A DNA stretch of 64,000 bases, from contig NW_024704743.1 in assembly GCF_018977255.1 (NCBI RefSeq), positions 43,774,001 to 43,838,000 of the forward strand, in the 5' to 3' direction. The notes under the pieces were generated by a model that saw only the letters and a list, made by a program, of their open reading frames with translations, ran no database searches and had not been told where the DNA came from. The stretch is from Callorhinchus milii. Taxonomy: Eukaryota. A program made the position numbers and the translations under genes. Of this stretch, positions 10,685-21,365 are shown in pieces (position 1 is the first letter of the stretch; each line of letters opens with the position of its first letter).

Positions 10685-11150
10685 GTGTGTTTCCCATTCC
10701 TACTTCATATATGTCGTACCTTGCATTTATCTGGATTGAACTTAATTTGCCAGTTATCGTCCCATTTAATGCCGTCAAGCTCTTCTTCAATCTGTGCTGC
10801 CTACTCTGATGCCTTAGTTCCTCCTACAACAACAACAAGATTGCATTTGTATCGCACCTTTCACATCGGGAGGACGTCCCAAGGCGCTGTACAGCATTTC
10901 AGACCCGAGCTGGGGTCAGTGGGGAGAAGGGAGGGGAGGGGAAGGGGGGGGTGACCAATGGCATGGTTGAAGAGGAGGGACTTGAAGGAGGCTAAGGAAG
11001 GGGCGAGTTGGAGTGATTGCTCTCCTAAGTTGCTCTCATCTCCAATTTTAACTACCTTACATTGGGACTGCGAGTCCAGGTCAATAATATATATTTGGTG
11101 AAGCAGAAAACTCGCAGTAGATACCCTGATACACCCGGCCTAATAACTCT
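10685..11150 (-). mobile_element. Old CR1 RT fragment interrupted by an L2 3' end (10827-11020, -)
   Basis: Reverse complement encodes WQIKFNPDKCKV; nested (caa)n tail plus L2 stem-loop. Confidence 0.7.
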
Positions 11151-11154
11151 CTGA

Positions 11155-11290
11155 TATTGACCTAGCTGGGGGCCCATTCACTGCCTTGGTGGAGATCAGC
11201 TGAATCAGCACAGACCAGTGAGCAAACTGATTGGTTTGATTATGTCATGTCCACAACATTCAGTGCCTTTACAGACAGAGTTACTATTGG
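11155..11290 (-). mobile_element. AmnSINE2-like SINE 5' fragment
   Basis: Reverse complement ggtctgtgctgattcagctgatctc resembles the recalled AmnSINE2 motif GGTCTGTGCTGAGTTAGCTGATCTC. Confidence 0.55.
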
Positions 11291-11556
11291 ACCATGTTCA
11301 GTCATGCACTTTGATGCATATATAAATCTACCTTTTGCAAACAGAATTCAAAAGATGCTTTCTTCCCAATACATTTTTCACCACCGTTTACTTACTATCA
11401 TTTTGGCTGCAAAGAAAATCAAAGCAAAGCTCTTCAGAAGGAGTAAACACACCACAGCGGTAAGCTACTTGCTGGCAACAAAAATTGGTCTGCAACATAG
11501 CAACCTGAAAGACAGTTCACTATTCTTAAAATAGACTTTTATCAGTACACTGAAAG

Positions 11557-11620
11557 GATTGATTGATTGGTTGGTTGATTGATTGATTGATTGATTCATT
11601 GATTCATTGATTGATTGATT
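11557..11620. repeat. (GATT)n microsatellite with GGTT/CATT variants
   Basis: Direct reading. Confidence 0.97.
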
Positions 11621-11734
11621 GCACATTACCATCAGAAGAGACTAGATTTCTACTGAATTATTTTGACATATTGTTTCTTTGTTTGCAGTTTTAAACATTG
11701 TGTGCTTTGCTGCAGTAAGCCTTGGATTGTAAAA

Positions 11735-12120
11735 TAAATAATAATAATCCTTGCATTTGATGTAGCACCTTAACACTCCAGCGAGATGTCTCAAGGTGCT
11801 CACAGGATTTGGAATAACTGTACTTATCGGCAAAAGCAACAATTGTGTACCGCAATGTCCCCTAAACAGCCTGGAAGTAAATTTTATTTGGAGAATTGTT
11901 GCCCAGAACAATAGGAGAAACTCACTTCTCTTTTCAAATTGTGCCACGGATCTTGAACATCCATCTGGACAGGCAGGCAGGAGCTCGCTTTTAGGTTCCT
12001 TCCAAAGAATGGTACCTCCAACATTGCAGCTGGATTAAAATGTCAGCCTAGATTGAGTTCAAATCTCAATGTTGGGCTTGAATCCACAACGTTCTGACTC
12101 AGAAACAAGAGTGCTACCAA
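11735..12120 (-). mobile_element. Deu-domain SINE (SacSINE1-like)
   Basis: (aat)n ccttgcatttgat tail through to head ttctgactcagaaacaagagtgctaccaa. Confidence 0.83.
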
Positions 12121-13245
12121 GTAATAATGTAATCTATAAACCTATAACCTTTTCTGAGGGGAATAACCTTCAAAACTTTAATATTCAATCCAGAATGCAA
12201 CACAACTCAGCTGTACTTCAGAGACATGTATAAACTCCTCAATGTCTCTACTGACTACCTTAGCTTGTGCGTTTCATGCCAATTGTACAAGAAATTTATA
12301 GTTTAAATTGGGTATGAAGAATGGCATTTGGCATTAGTGCACATCAGCCAGGAATCATCTTGAGTGACTTTGGATCATCTATTGACAGAACTGCAGTTCA
12401 TCTACACATAATAAAATTAGAATTAGCCTCCTACTCAAACAAGAGCACTTAAAAGATCCCTCAGAGCACCCAAGAACGTTTAAGAAACCATTTTTAATGC
12501 TATTAAGGAGCCAGTTGTGTGATTTAATAAATGAAAAATAAACTGGCGTTTGCTGCAGATTTGCTAAGCTCTCCTCAAACTCCGGCAAATATGATTTTGG
12601 AGCAGATTATAGAAATCAGACATCCAACTTCTAATTGCTTTACTTGTGAAAGTAATGACTGGATTTGAGATAAGAAAAGGCAATGGATAATTCAAAGCAA
12701 CAATAGTGATTTTTTGGGGGGTTAATTAATCCTAGATATAGTTTCTAATTCATTTTTCCTGCAAGTTACTGAGCTTGGCAGTAGGAGGGAACTGAGCTCA
12801 GCTGATATGAAATTATTGATACAGTGTGTTAGGCATCATGTCATTTCTGCTGTTTTATTTCAGGTATTTCAGCTCCTTCACAAGGTCAGCAACTTCTCCA
12901 AGAACATTTGTGGGCCTGTGCAAATCAGCAAAATTGCTCTGAAAATGTCATCTACCATGACAAAGAAGTGGACTATAAATTAATGCCAGTTTTACTAAGG
13001 GTAGTCAAAAGCTAGTACATGCTATGAGGACGGGTGGTTAAGAACAGACATTGGACATACTCAAGCAACAGATGCAATGGGAAGAAATGTCTTGGCATTT
13101 TGAAAGTATGAGATTAAATGGAATGAAAAACCTACTAACTCTTGTGATCAAGCAGATCCAAAATCAGAGGGTGATTGCCGCTTCGCCAATCTTTCAGTGC
13201 TGAAATTTTACAAAAGATGGCCCGACCCAAGCAATACTTCATTGT

Positions 13246-13568
13246 GAGTCCTGTAGTTCAGTGGTTAGAGCACTCGCTTTGCAAGTGAGTGACCTGAGTT
13301 CAATTCCAGGCAGGGCGAAACCTTGGGCAAGTTTCCTTACTCCACACGCCTAATAATAATCCCTCCAAAACCCAAAACAATAATAAATTGGTCATTTTCA
13401 ATCTACGACTGTTTGTGGGACATTGCTGTGCGCAATTGGCTGCCGCGTTCACCCACAAATATACAGTCAATTCACTTTACAGTGTGTTCTGTGAAGCGCT
13501 TTGGGATGTCCTCCTGACGTGAAAAGCTCTATATCAAATGCAAGGATTATTATTATTATTATTATTAT
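13246..13568 (+). mobile_element. SINE2-1_CM-like SINE, short form
   Basis: tRNA-Ala head (ctttgcaag), B box, Deu-like 3' part, (att)n. Confidence 0.93.
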
Positions 13569-13808
13569 AAGTAGGAATCCAGTTGTTAGTCGATTGGCGG
13601 ATCACTTTTCTGGGGGAATAATTCCTTAAAAATAATAATAAATTGGTCAATTCAATCCACGTCTGTTTGTGGGACACTGCTGTGTGCAATTGGCTGCTGT
13701 TTTGCTCACAAAATATACAGTCAATTCACTTTACAGTATATTCTCTGAAGTACTTTGAGACATCTTGAAGACATGATAAGGCACTATATCAAATGCAAGG
13801 ATTATTAT
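13569..13808 (+). mobile_element. SINE2-1_CM-like SINE, long form, 5'-truncated, abutting the previous copy's tail
   Basis: Starts aagtaggaatccagttgttagtcgattggcgg; ends atcaaatgcaaggattatta. Confidence 0.92.
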
Positions 13809-14020
13809 AATAATAATAATAATCCTTGCATTTGATATAGCGCTTTTCACATCGGGAGGACGTCTCAAAGCGCTTCACAGAACACACTGTAGAGGGAATT
13901 GACTGCATATTTGTGGGCGAACGCGGCAGCCAATTGCGCACAGCAATGTCCCACAAACAGTCGTAGATTGAAAATGACCAATTTATTATTGTTTTTGGTT
14001 TTTGGAGGGATTATTATTAT
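13808..14020 (-). mobile_element. SINE2-1_CM-like SINE, 5'-truncated, tail-to-tail with the previous copy
   Basis: Reverse complement nearly identical to 13352-13560. Confidence 0.93.
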
Positions 14021-14300
14021 TTACATAGAGCCTTTCATGTCAGGAAGATGAGCCAAGTTGCTTAATACTAGCTTGGCATCTGAGGTGGGGTTGGGAGCCA
14101 AGAGGATGGGGAGGGGATAGTTGCCCAAAATGTGGTCAAAGAGGTAGATCTTGAGACAGACTTAGAACAAAGTAATGGAATGAATGCGATGGAAGGACTC
14201 TGGGATCGAGTTCTCGAGAACGGGGTCAGATAGACTGAAAGCCTATTTACCAATGGTGGGGCGGGTATGACAAGAACATGAAGCAGGCCTAGAGACAATT
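14020..14300 (-). mobile_element. Degenerate L2 3' fragment
   Basis: atttacatagagcctttcatgtcaggaagatg...ggtcaaagaggtagatcttgagac. Confidence 0.7.
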
Positions 14301-14374
14301 CAGAGGAGAGCGATGTGCAACCAACTGTGCAAATTTGCAACAAGTAGAGAATGATGTGCATTCAGCAACAACAG

Positions 14375-14690
14375 CTTGCACTTAACAAAGTACAGTTCAC
14401 ATAGGATAATATCTTGGAGCTCTATGCAGAAATCACCCAGTGTTAGAGGAATGAGTTATGAGCAATAGTTAGACCAGCTGGGGCTCTTCAGTCTTGAGAG
14501 AACTCAGAGAAGATGTGGTGGGGGAATATAGCTTTAAATGCAATTGAAAAATTAAACTCAGAACAATAATTTAGGATGGAACAACTCAGTAGAAAAAGCG
14601 GGCATGGGTTTAGAGTTGCAAAGGGGAATTTCAGGACAAATCCCAGGAGGGTTTTCTTTATCCAGCAGGTAACTAACAACTGAAACAAGC
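14375..14690 (+). mobile_element. CR1 ORF2 C-terminal fragment
   Basis: Translation GHGFRVAKGNFRTNPRRVFFIQQVTNN, the CR1 RGH...FF..RV..WN motif. Confidence 0.75.
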
Positions 14691-15869
14691 CAACATCAGT
14701 AATTTTATCAGCACTCAGGAAATCAGCCCACTAATTTGCTATCTCACTCCCAGGGAAAACACACCCCTTTTATTTAGCATAATACTTAACAGTGACATTC
14801 TTTTGTAATGCAGGTTCACAGGAGTTAAAGACAAGGTCACATTCCACTGGACAATCAGATACAGAGTACCACAAATCCTCAAGTGAATCAATGATGTTCT
14901 ATATCTGCTGGAAGGGACCTGAGTGCTTTGTGCGTAATTTACTGCAACAGTTGTGTTCCAAGGGGAGATTTTATCTAGGAATCAATCAACCATTTATTGC
15001 TTACAGTTGGCATTTCTGATGAACAGAAAGAGAAAGACAAAATAGTGGATAAGTAATGGGAATAACAACAGAGATCCACCAAATCTAGCAAGGAAATGGA
15101 ATTAAACAACTTGTGCTGTATTGTGTTAGTTAAATCTAGCTCGTGTTACCAACAACAACAACAACAAAATTACATTTGTACAGCAACTTTCACGCCGAAA
15201 GGACGTCCCAAGAGTTCTAAAAGAAGAAAAAAATGTTTTTGTAAAACACCTCTAGTAAATATGTGACAATGTGAAGTGCTAACTGATTATACCCCTCATC
15301 ACTCTTCCCTGTAAAGGTGATGACAGCACTCCAAAAAGCAATATATAACTAGAGGGAAATTCTTGTAATGTTACGAATTGGCAACTTTTCCATCAAGCAC
15401 TTCCAGAGAAAAAAAAAGTCAGAAGAGGCAGAATAATTTCTGATCTTGGTCTTGATATATTTGACAATGGCATACTGTAGATAATAAGATCTCACTGTAT
15501 GAAATGGAATCATATTTCATTACTGCCAAATCCCGGCAGGGCTGGTTATTCCTTTAATCTAGTGTCACTGCTGTAATTTGTGGTAGTTCAAAGTGTATGT
15601 TCTACATGAAATAAATCAGAATTGGCTCCAACATGTGTGAAAAATGTATTTTAATTATTGTAGTGTTAGCACTGGTAAGCTTGAAAATATCCTATTTGTG
15701 AGCCTGGGATCACATCCATTTTGCAATATAAAAATATTATGGTCTCAATTGAGTTCATGTCTGGTGGGAGAAATACAAAAGAAAATCTTCCTGTATCAGA
15801 TGAACCATGTGGCTATTCCTCTCACCAATTTCCCGACCTAGATGCTGAGGGATTTAGAATAGTACGCAC

Positions 15870-16660
15870 AAAGAGAGCTGGGATTCTTCTCACTTGGCTC
15901 CTGGGTTTTTTGGTCAGCCATGTGTCTGACACATAGGGAAACCCTTCACCATGCTTAAGAGTATCTAAACCAAACTGAGAATTCCATGCATTCCACATAC
16001 ACATGGTAATTCCAGAGATATTGGAATTGGAATGGAAAATGTGCACTCTCTCCCTGGAGGGATTGATCCTGCTTACCTAATTCTTTAAAGTGTTAGGTGC
16101 AGGTTGGCAAAACCCCACCACAAGTTGACCAACAACCACTGAATCCCAGCATGAGCGTGGAGGTAAATTACACATTAATAAATGTAGTCATTCAAACCAG
16201 ACTAAAGGTTTCACAGAAGTATACCTTCAACAGATGGAGATTTCCTGTGTCTGTAAAGGAGTACAAACTCTCTCTCCCTAGATAGATTATCTAATTCTGG
16301 AGGCTAGCAGGTGGAGGTTCGTGAAAGCCAAGGCTTGAGGACCCCAGAGTTTGTGTTAGGGTCCTGTCTAACCAACTAAAAGCACATAGCTTGTTATTGA
16401 TACCGCTGCCTAGCAATCTTTCCCACTGTTTGTCCAGCTAATACCACCGTTAGTGCTTTGGGCTTGAGAGTTAGCAGGAGCTGAGTGGGAGGAGTCCTTG
16501 CCCCCAGTGACCGATCTGCCTTTCCGAGTCTTGCTGATGAGCCAGGCTGCCTATGCTGTCATCAGCAGTGCCCTGGAATAATGCGGACCTGCTTGGCTCC
16601 AGAACTGGACTACCAAGAGTAGTTGGTACTTGTCTCTTGTGGGCTCTGCAATCCAATATC
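15870..16660 (+). repeat. Unclassified interspersed repeat (TGTGTCTGACACA family)
   Basis: tgtgtctgacacatagggaaaccc...atgcttaagagtatctaaaccaaactg; downstream blocks shared with 54110-54440. Confidence 0.7.
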
Positions 16661-17187
16661 TTAATGGTAGGGTGGTCTTAATTGGACAAGCAACTAGTTA
16701 ATTAGTGTATAATTTACCTCCAGTGTCATGCTGAGATTCAGTGGTTGTTGGTCTTCTTGCAGTGGGGTTTAAATTGGTATATTTTAAACTGGGATTTGAA
16801 GTATCAATTGTTCCATTTACAAATATTGAAAGTCATATGATTTGCAATATGCACAATATGACTAATCGCAATTCCAAACAATGGCAAAGTGCAAATAAAA
16901 TGCCAAAGAACCTGCAGAAAGTTATTTTCTGAATGTTTTCACACTTTCACAGCCTTGAGGAATTATAATTATCAGATTAGAGAAAATCGCTAAATCAGAC
17001 CCTAGTGAGTTCCGATTAAATTAAGCTCTTAAATCTGACCATGGACGTACCATGTAGCAATTACTTTTTTTAAGAAATAATTGCAGTACTACTCTAGAAA
17101 ACCACCTACTTAAGTTTTATGTACTCGTCTGTTCAAAAAGCAAACTGCTCACATTCGATGGCAGGAACTAGAATCTGCCTTACCTTT

Positions 17188-17390
17188 AAAAACAGAACAT
17201 GCTGGAAATGTACATCAGGGTGATCAACATCTGGAAGAGAGAGATAAATTATCAATTTGGATGAGTTTTGATGAAGATTCCTGAAACATTAATGTGTTGT
17301 TCTCTTTCTGATGCCAACTGACCTGTGCAATTCCTGTGCTGTTTTCTGTTTTTTATTTCAGACTTTCAACTTTTGCAATGTTTTGTTTTC
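17188..17390. mobile_element. Decayed palindromic Penelope-like-element derivative with hammerhead remnant
   Basis: Arms aaaaacagaacatgctggaaat / ttttctgtttttatttcaga; centre ttgatgaag-attcct-gaaacattaa. Confidence 0.6.
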
Positions 17391-17579
17391 TTTACCTTGG
17401 TGTTTTTCTAATTATTGCAGAGAAGAAATCTAGGGAGAAAAGTCTCCTTGAATTGAATTATTCTCAAAGGAGTAAGAATGAATCTTCACACTGCTTCACT
17501 ATATTTTCTTTTGGCTATTTTCCATGATTTTCAAACCCACAGGCTTGCAAAGGCACAATAAAAATAACAAGCAGAATCT

Positions 17580-17700
17580 TACATAGAATTAAAAAGACTC
17601 TACAGCACAGAGGCAGGCCATTCAGTCCAGCTATTTTATTCCACAAGAACCTTCCTCCCACTCAATCACCTTCCCTCCCCACTCCATGGTTATCCTATAA
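17580..17700 (-). mobile_element. CR1 3' end
   Basis: catagaa...tacagcacagaggcaggccattcagtcca. Confidence 0.7.
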
Positions 17701-18659
17701 GTGAAAACAAATTTTGGCAAAATAAAAAGAAGTAACGATTTACTGGATCTGATTTTTGGAATGTTCTATATGATTCAATAACTTGGCAACAGCTTGCTTG
17801 CGAAATATTTGCACTTTATACAAAACTAATTTGATCAAGTGTTTAACAGATACATTACTGTCAGTGTGTTAAACGTATTACCTGGAGCAATATGATAAAG
17901 GCTGTAGCATATAATTTGCAATTGAATTCATTTTATTTTACAAAATAAACAACACTCCTCCATAGATCCCAACATTGTCTACAAAACAAACACCAAACAC
18001 AAGAGCAAAAGAATAAACTGTTAAAAGTACATCTTTTTATTTTTCCCCTTCCTTGTTGTCTCCCAGGTTACTTGATTTGTATCTTTATTCTCTCTGCATC
18101 TTCTCACTTTGAATGTTGTTGTCCTCTGCTCCATTATCCTTCCTATTATTCCCCACTATCATATTCTTCTCTCAACTTCGCCTCTGAACTGCTACCACCA
18201 TCTCTACAGCCCAGATTTAACATTATTATTATTAGGGAAAGGGAAGGGTTCAGTGTGCAGAAGCTTGATAGACCTTGAAACATGTAAATAAGAGGTACAG
18301 TCAGGAGTAAGCGGCAGATATGTTCAAAGGAAAACAGATTCGTCATGCAGTAATTACACATGAGACCAAAGAAGGTTAAAAATTGTGCTTCAGCCAAGAA
18401 GCTCCAACTAATAGCCTTTCAATCTAGTTTAGAGCTGACGGTTTTAAATGTTTGGAACTCCATAGCCTCATAAACGGACTTGCATCCATTCCCCTGGAGC
18501 GACGCTGCTCAAAGCGGAAGATCAGGTGTTCAAGTAATGCCAAAAAAAATTCCTGTCCTGGCTGGAAATCTTACTTAATGTACAGGTGTTTTGCCCAATG
18601 AAAAATCACCTCTTGTATTTCTGTTAAGTGTTTTCATTTCTTGCGATTGTGTTGATTCT

Positions 18660-18818
18660 TTCAAACACAGATTAGATAGTTTTCTTTTAGGAAATAACAT
18701 TATGGGATATAGTACATAGGTAGTTTGGGACATATGTGCATGCAACGCCAGGAAGATGGAAGGCGAACTAGATGGACCTTGGTCTTTTCTCGTCTAGCAT
18801 TTCTTATGTTCTTATGAT
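18660..18818 (+). mobile_element. CR1 3' end
   Basis: ctagatggaccttggtcttttctcgtctagcatttcttatgttcttatg. Confidence 0.8.
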
Positions 18819-19020
18819 TGAAAAGTTGAATGAATGAATTATTAAGATTGTTATGGTGAAAAGATATTAAAACTGCCTATATTTGCCTGTAGTTTCTAGC
18901 GATCCTTATCCAAGGATAATTCTAATCCAGAATAATATATATGGGGAAATCTAGTTCAGCATTAACCACTGTTCATCTGATTAGTTTATTTTTTGTGTAT
19001 ATTTTGTGGCATGCATATGT

Positions 19021-19185
19021 AGTTTGGATACTCTGTCTGGTTTGGATACTCTTAAGATTGGCAATGAGTTTCCAGATGTGTCAGACATCTCCATGTGGAG
19101 GTGAGATGCATGGAAATCTGTTAGAATTGGATATTCTTAAGCATGGTGATGAGTTTCCACATGTGTCAGACACTCAGCTGACCAA
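19021..19185 (-). repeat. Two tandem heads of the TGTGTCTGACACA family
   Basis: tttggatactcttaag..gagtttccagatgtgtcagaca and ttggatattcttaagcatgg..gagtttccacatgtgtcagacac. Confidence 0.75.
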
Positions 19186-19642
19186 AACAAATTCTCTAAT
19201 ACATTTTCTAAAGAAAAAGTATCAACAAGTATCTCCAAATTGAAGTTCCCAGCGTTGGATGACTTCCAAGTATATACTTGAGCAGAGGCAATGATTTACT
19301 ACAATTATTTATGCATAATATTCCCAGGACTAACAGGGAAATCACATGCATATAATGAAAATTTCCGAAGGGACTATGAAATGTTAAGTCAATAGTAATA
19401 CATTCAGTGGCTAGACCACAGTGCTAGCAAAATAGTAAGAAGTTAATGCTTAAATATAACATAAATCACCCCATTGTGCAATGGTCCTTTTACTTTACAG
19501 TGAACTACAGTTGATGCTCACAATCTAATGTCACTCTTACATTCCTGTCTGTCCTTTTACAGAAAGAATCAATAATTTCATCTTTTTTTTAACTAGATGA
19601 ATTTGAGATGATCAAAATAGACTCATTCAGGTTTTTACAAGG

Positions 19643-19948
19643 TGTCAGCCTGGCTCAGTTAGTGGTACTTTCACTTTTAAGTCAGAAGGTTGTGGGCTCA
19701 AGCCCTACATTGGGACACAAATACAGATTGTTCAAGGCTGACACTCCAGGGCTGTGCTGTGGGAGGGTTGCATTGTCGGAGACACCATCCTTGAGATGAG
19801 ATGTTAAACCTTCTGCCTTTTCAAGTTAAAGATTCCAAGATGAAAAGAGAAGGGAGCTTCTCCCTGTGTCCTGGCTAACAATCCCTCAAATAAAATTCGA
19901 CCCTCATTTAATAGTCGATTGTATAAAATTGCTGTGCGCGAATGAGCT
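19643..19948 (+). mobile_element. Deu-domain SINE (SacSINE1-like), lacking its 3' tail
   Basis: gtcagcctggctcagttagtggtac...agtcagaaggttgtgggctcaagccc. Confidence 0.85.
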
Positions 19949-19957
19949 CCTTTTGGA

Positions 19958-20124
19958 GGGAAAAGCAATCTACCAATCAACTAACAACTGGGTTCCTACT
20001 TACTGCTAGGTAAACAGAAGTGTGTAGAGTAAGGAAACTTGCCCAACAGTTTGTCCTGCCGGGAATCAAACCCAGATTTCTCGCTTGCAAAGCGAGTGCT
20101 CTAACCACCGAGCTACAGGACTCC
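19958..20124 (-). mobile_element. SINE2-1_CM-like SINE, 5' half
   Basis: ctaaccaccgagctacaggactcc; tgctaggtaaacaga. Confidence 0.88.
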
Positions 20125-20320
20125 ACGGCAAGGTTGGGGTTTCACTCTTTCTTCATGTTAAGTACTGTATTAGAGGACAAAAATAATGGTCTTAGCTTTA
20201 GGATCATTACCTTGGAATTTAAAAACTTACAAAATTTTGGAAAATTGTTGAACTCAGTCCTAATTTAAAAGGTGTTTTTCCACATATGAATTGCTTTGGA
20301 GACATTATTTTTGGAGCCAA

Positions 20321-20392
20321 GTATTCTGTGAAACGTTTTGAGACATCTAGAAGACTTGATAAGGCGTTAAATCAAATGCAAGGATTATTATT
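20321..20392 (+). mobile_element. SINE 3' tail
   Basis: gtattctgtgaaacgttttgagacatctagaagac...atgcaaggattatta. Confidence 0.8.
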
Positions 20393-20519
20393 TTGAAGCC
20401 AGTTCGGCCACAAGAAGGATGATCACCAGTTGGACATTTGACATCTGATAAAATCAGGTTTGTGCTCTGCAAAGGCATATGCAGGTTAAGTAAATAAATA
20501 TCCCTATAGTAAATGAAAT

Positions 20520-21365
20520 GGGGTCTAACATTGCAAAATTATGAGATAGTATAAATGGAGAAGAATTAGGAGTTGATAAATAAAGATGAATATAGGTATT
20601 TAAGTACATGTGTCATTACAATCTATTTAATAGGTGCAGAAAGCATTCAATAAGGCTAATGAATATTAGGCTTCATAAATGCCAGGAAATGCTCTTTATG
20701 CATAGTGCCACTGGACTTCATTTGACTTATTGTGTTCAGTTTTTGGCATCCAATCTTAGAAAATTTACACTAGCCTTGGATAGTGTCCAGTGATAACTCA
20801 TTAGATTAATACTCTGGATGAAATGGTTCAGCTATAATGAGAGGTTGGGTTACATTCCTTAGAGAAAAGGAGGTTAAAGGGTAATCAGATCAATGTATTT
20901 AACATAATGATGGGATTGACAAGATGGATAGTGTTTTTGATTTCCATTGGTAGAGGGATCCAAAACAAAGAACGATAATCTTACGATTAGAGCTAGGATG
21001 GTTAGAAATTGGATCAGAAAACATTTCTTCACACAGAGGTTATGTGAAAATGTGGAATGCACTGTTCCAAAAGGTCACTAAAGGTTGAATCAATTGGGAT
21101 AAATAATAATAATAAAAAAATAATGATTGTATGGATGTTGTGCCTTTCATGTCACAAGGATACCTCAAAGCTGTTCACGCAAATTACTATAAAGTGTAGT
21201 AACTGTGTTTTTTAGGTGAACATAGGATGCAGGATGTTTAAAATGGAGAAGGATAGTTACTTGGGAAATTAGGGTTTTAAAGTATATTAATAAACTGAAA
21301 TGCAATTACAAGATCTGCTGTGATCTTTGCTTGATGGACAGAATGCCTCTTCCTTCTCCAATAGT
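20520..21365 (+). mobile_element. Old CR1 ORF2 3' fragment with a nested SINE tail (~21100-21225, -)
   Basis: Translations HLTYCVQFLASNLRK and RKHFFTQR; CR1-type 3' UTR. Confidence 0.75.

Noticed and set aside
12864..13016. Plus-strand exon after ttttatttcag (ISAPSQGQQLL..)
   Set aside because: No recognisable homology, and the acceptor-like sequence resembles the end of the palindromic repeat at ~17345-17365.
16531..16568. Hammerhead ribozyme at ctgatga
   Set aside because: No downstream GAAA; the motif is one arm of a 9-bp inverted repeat (tgctgatga/tcatcagca).
18529..18545. miR-26-like ttcaagtaat
   Set aside because: The match stops after 10 nt and there is no complementary arm.
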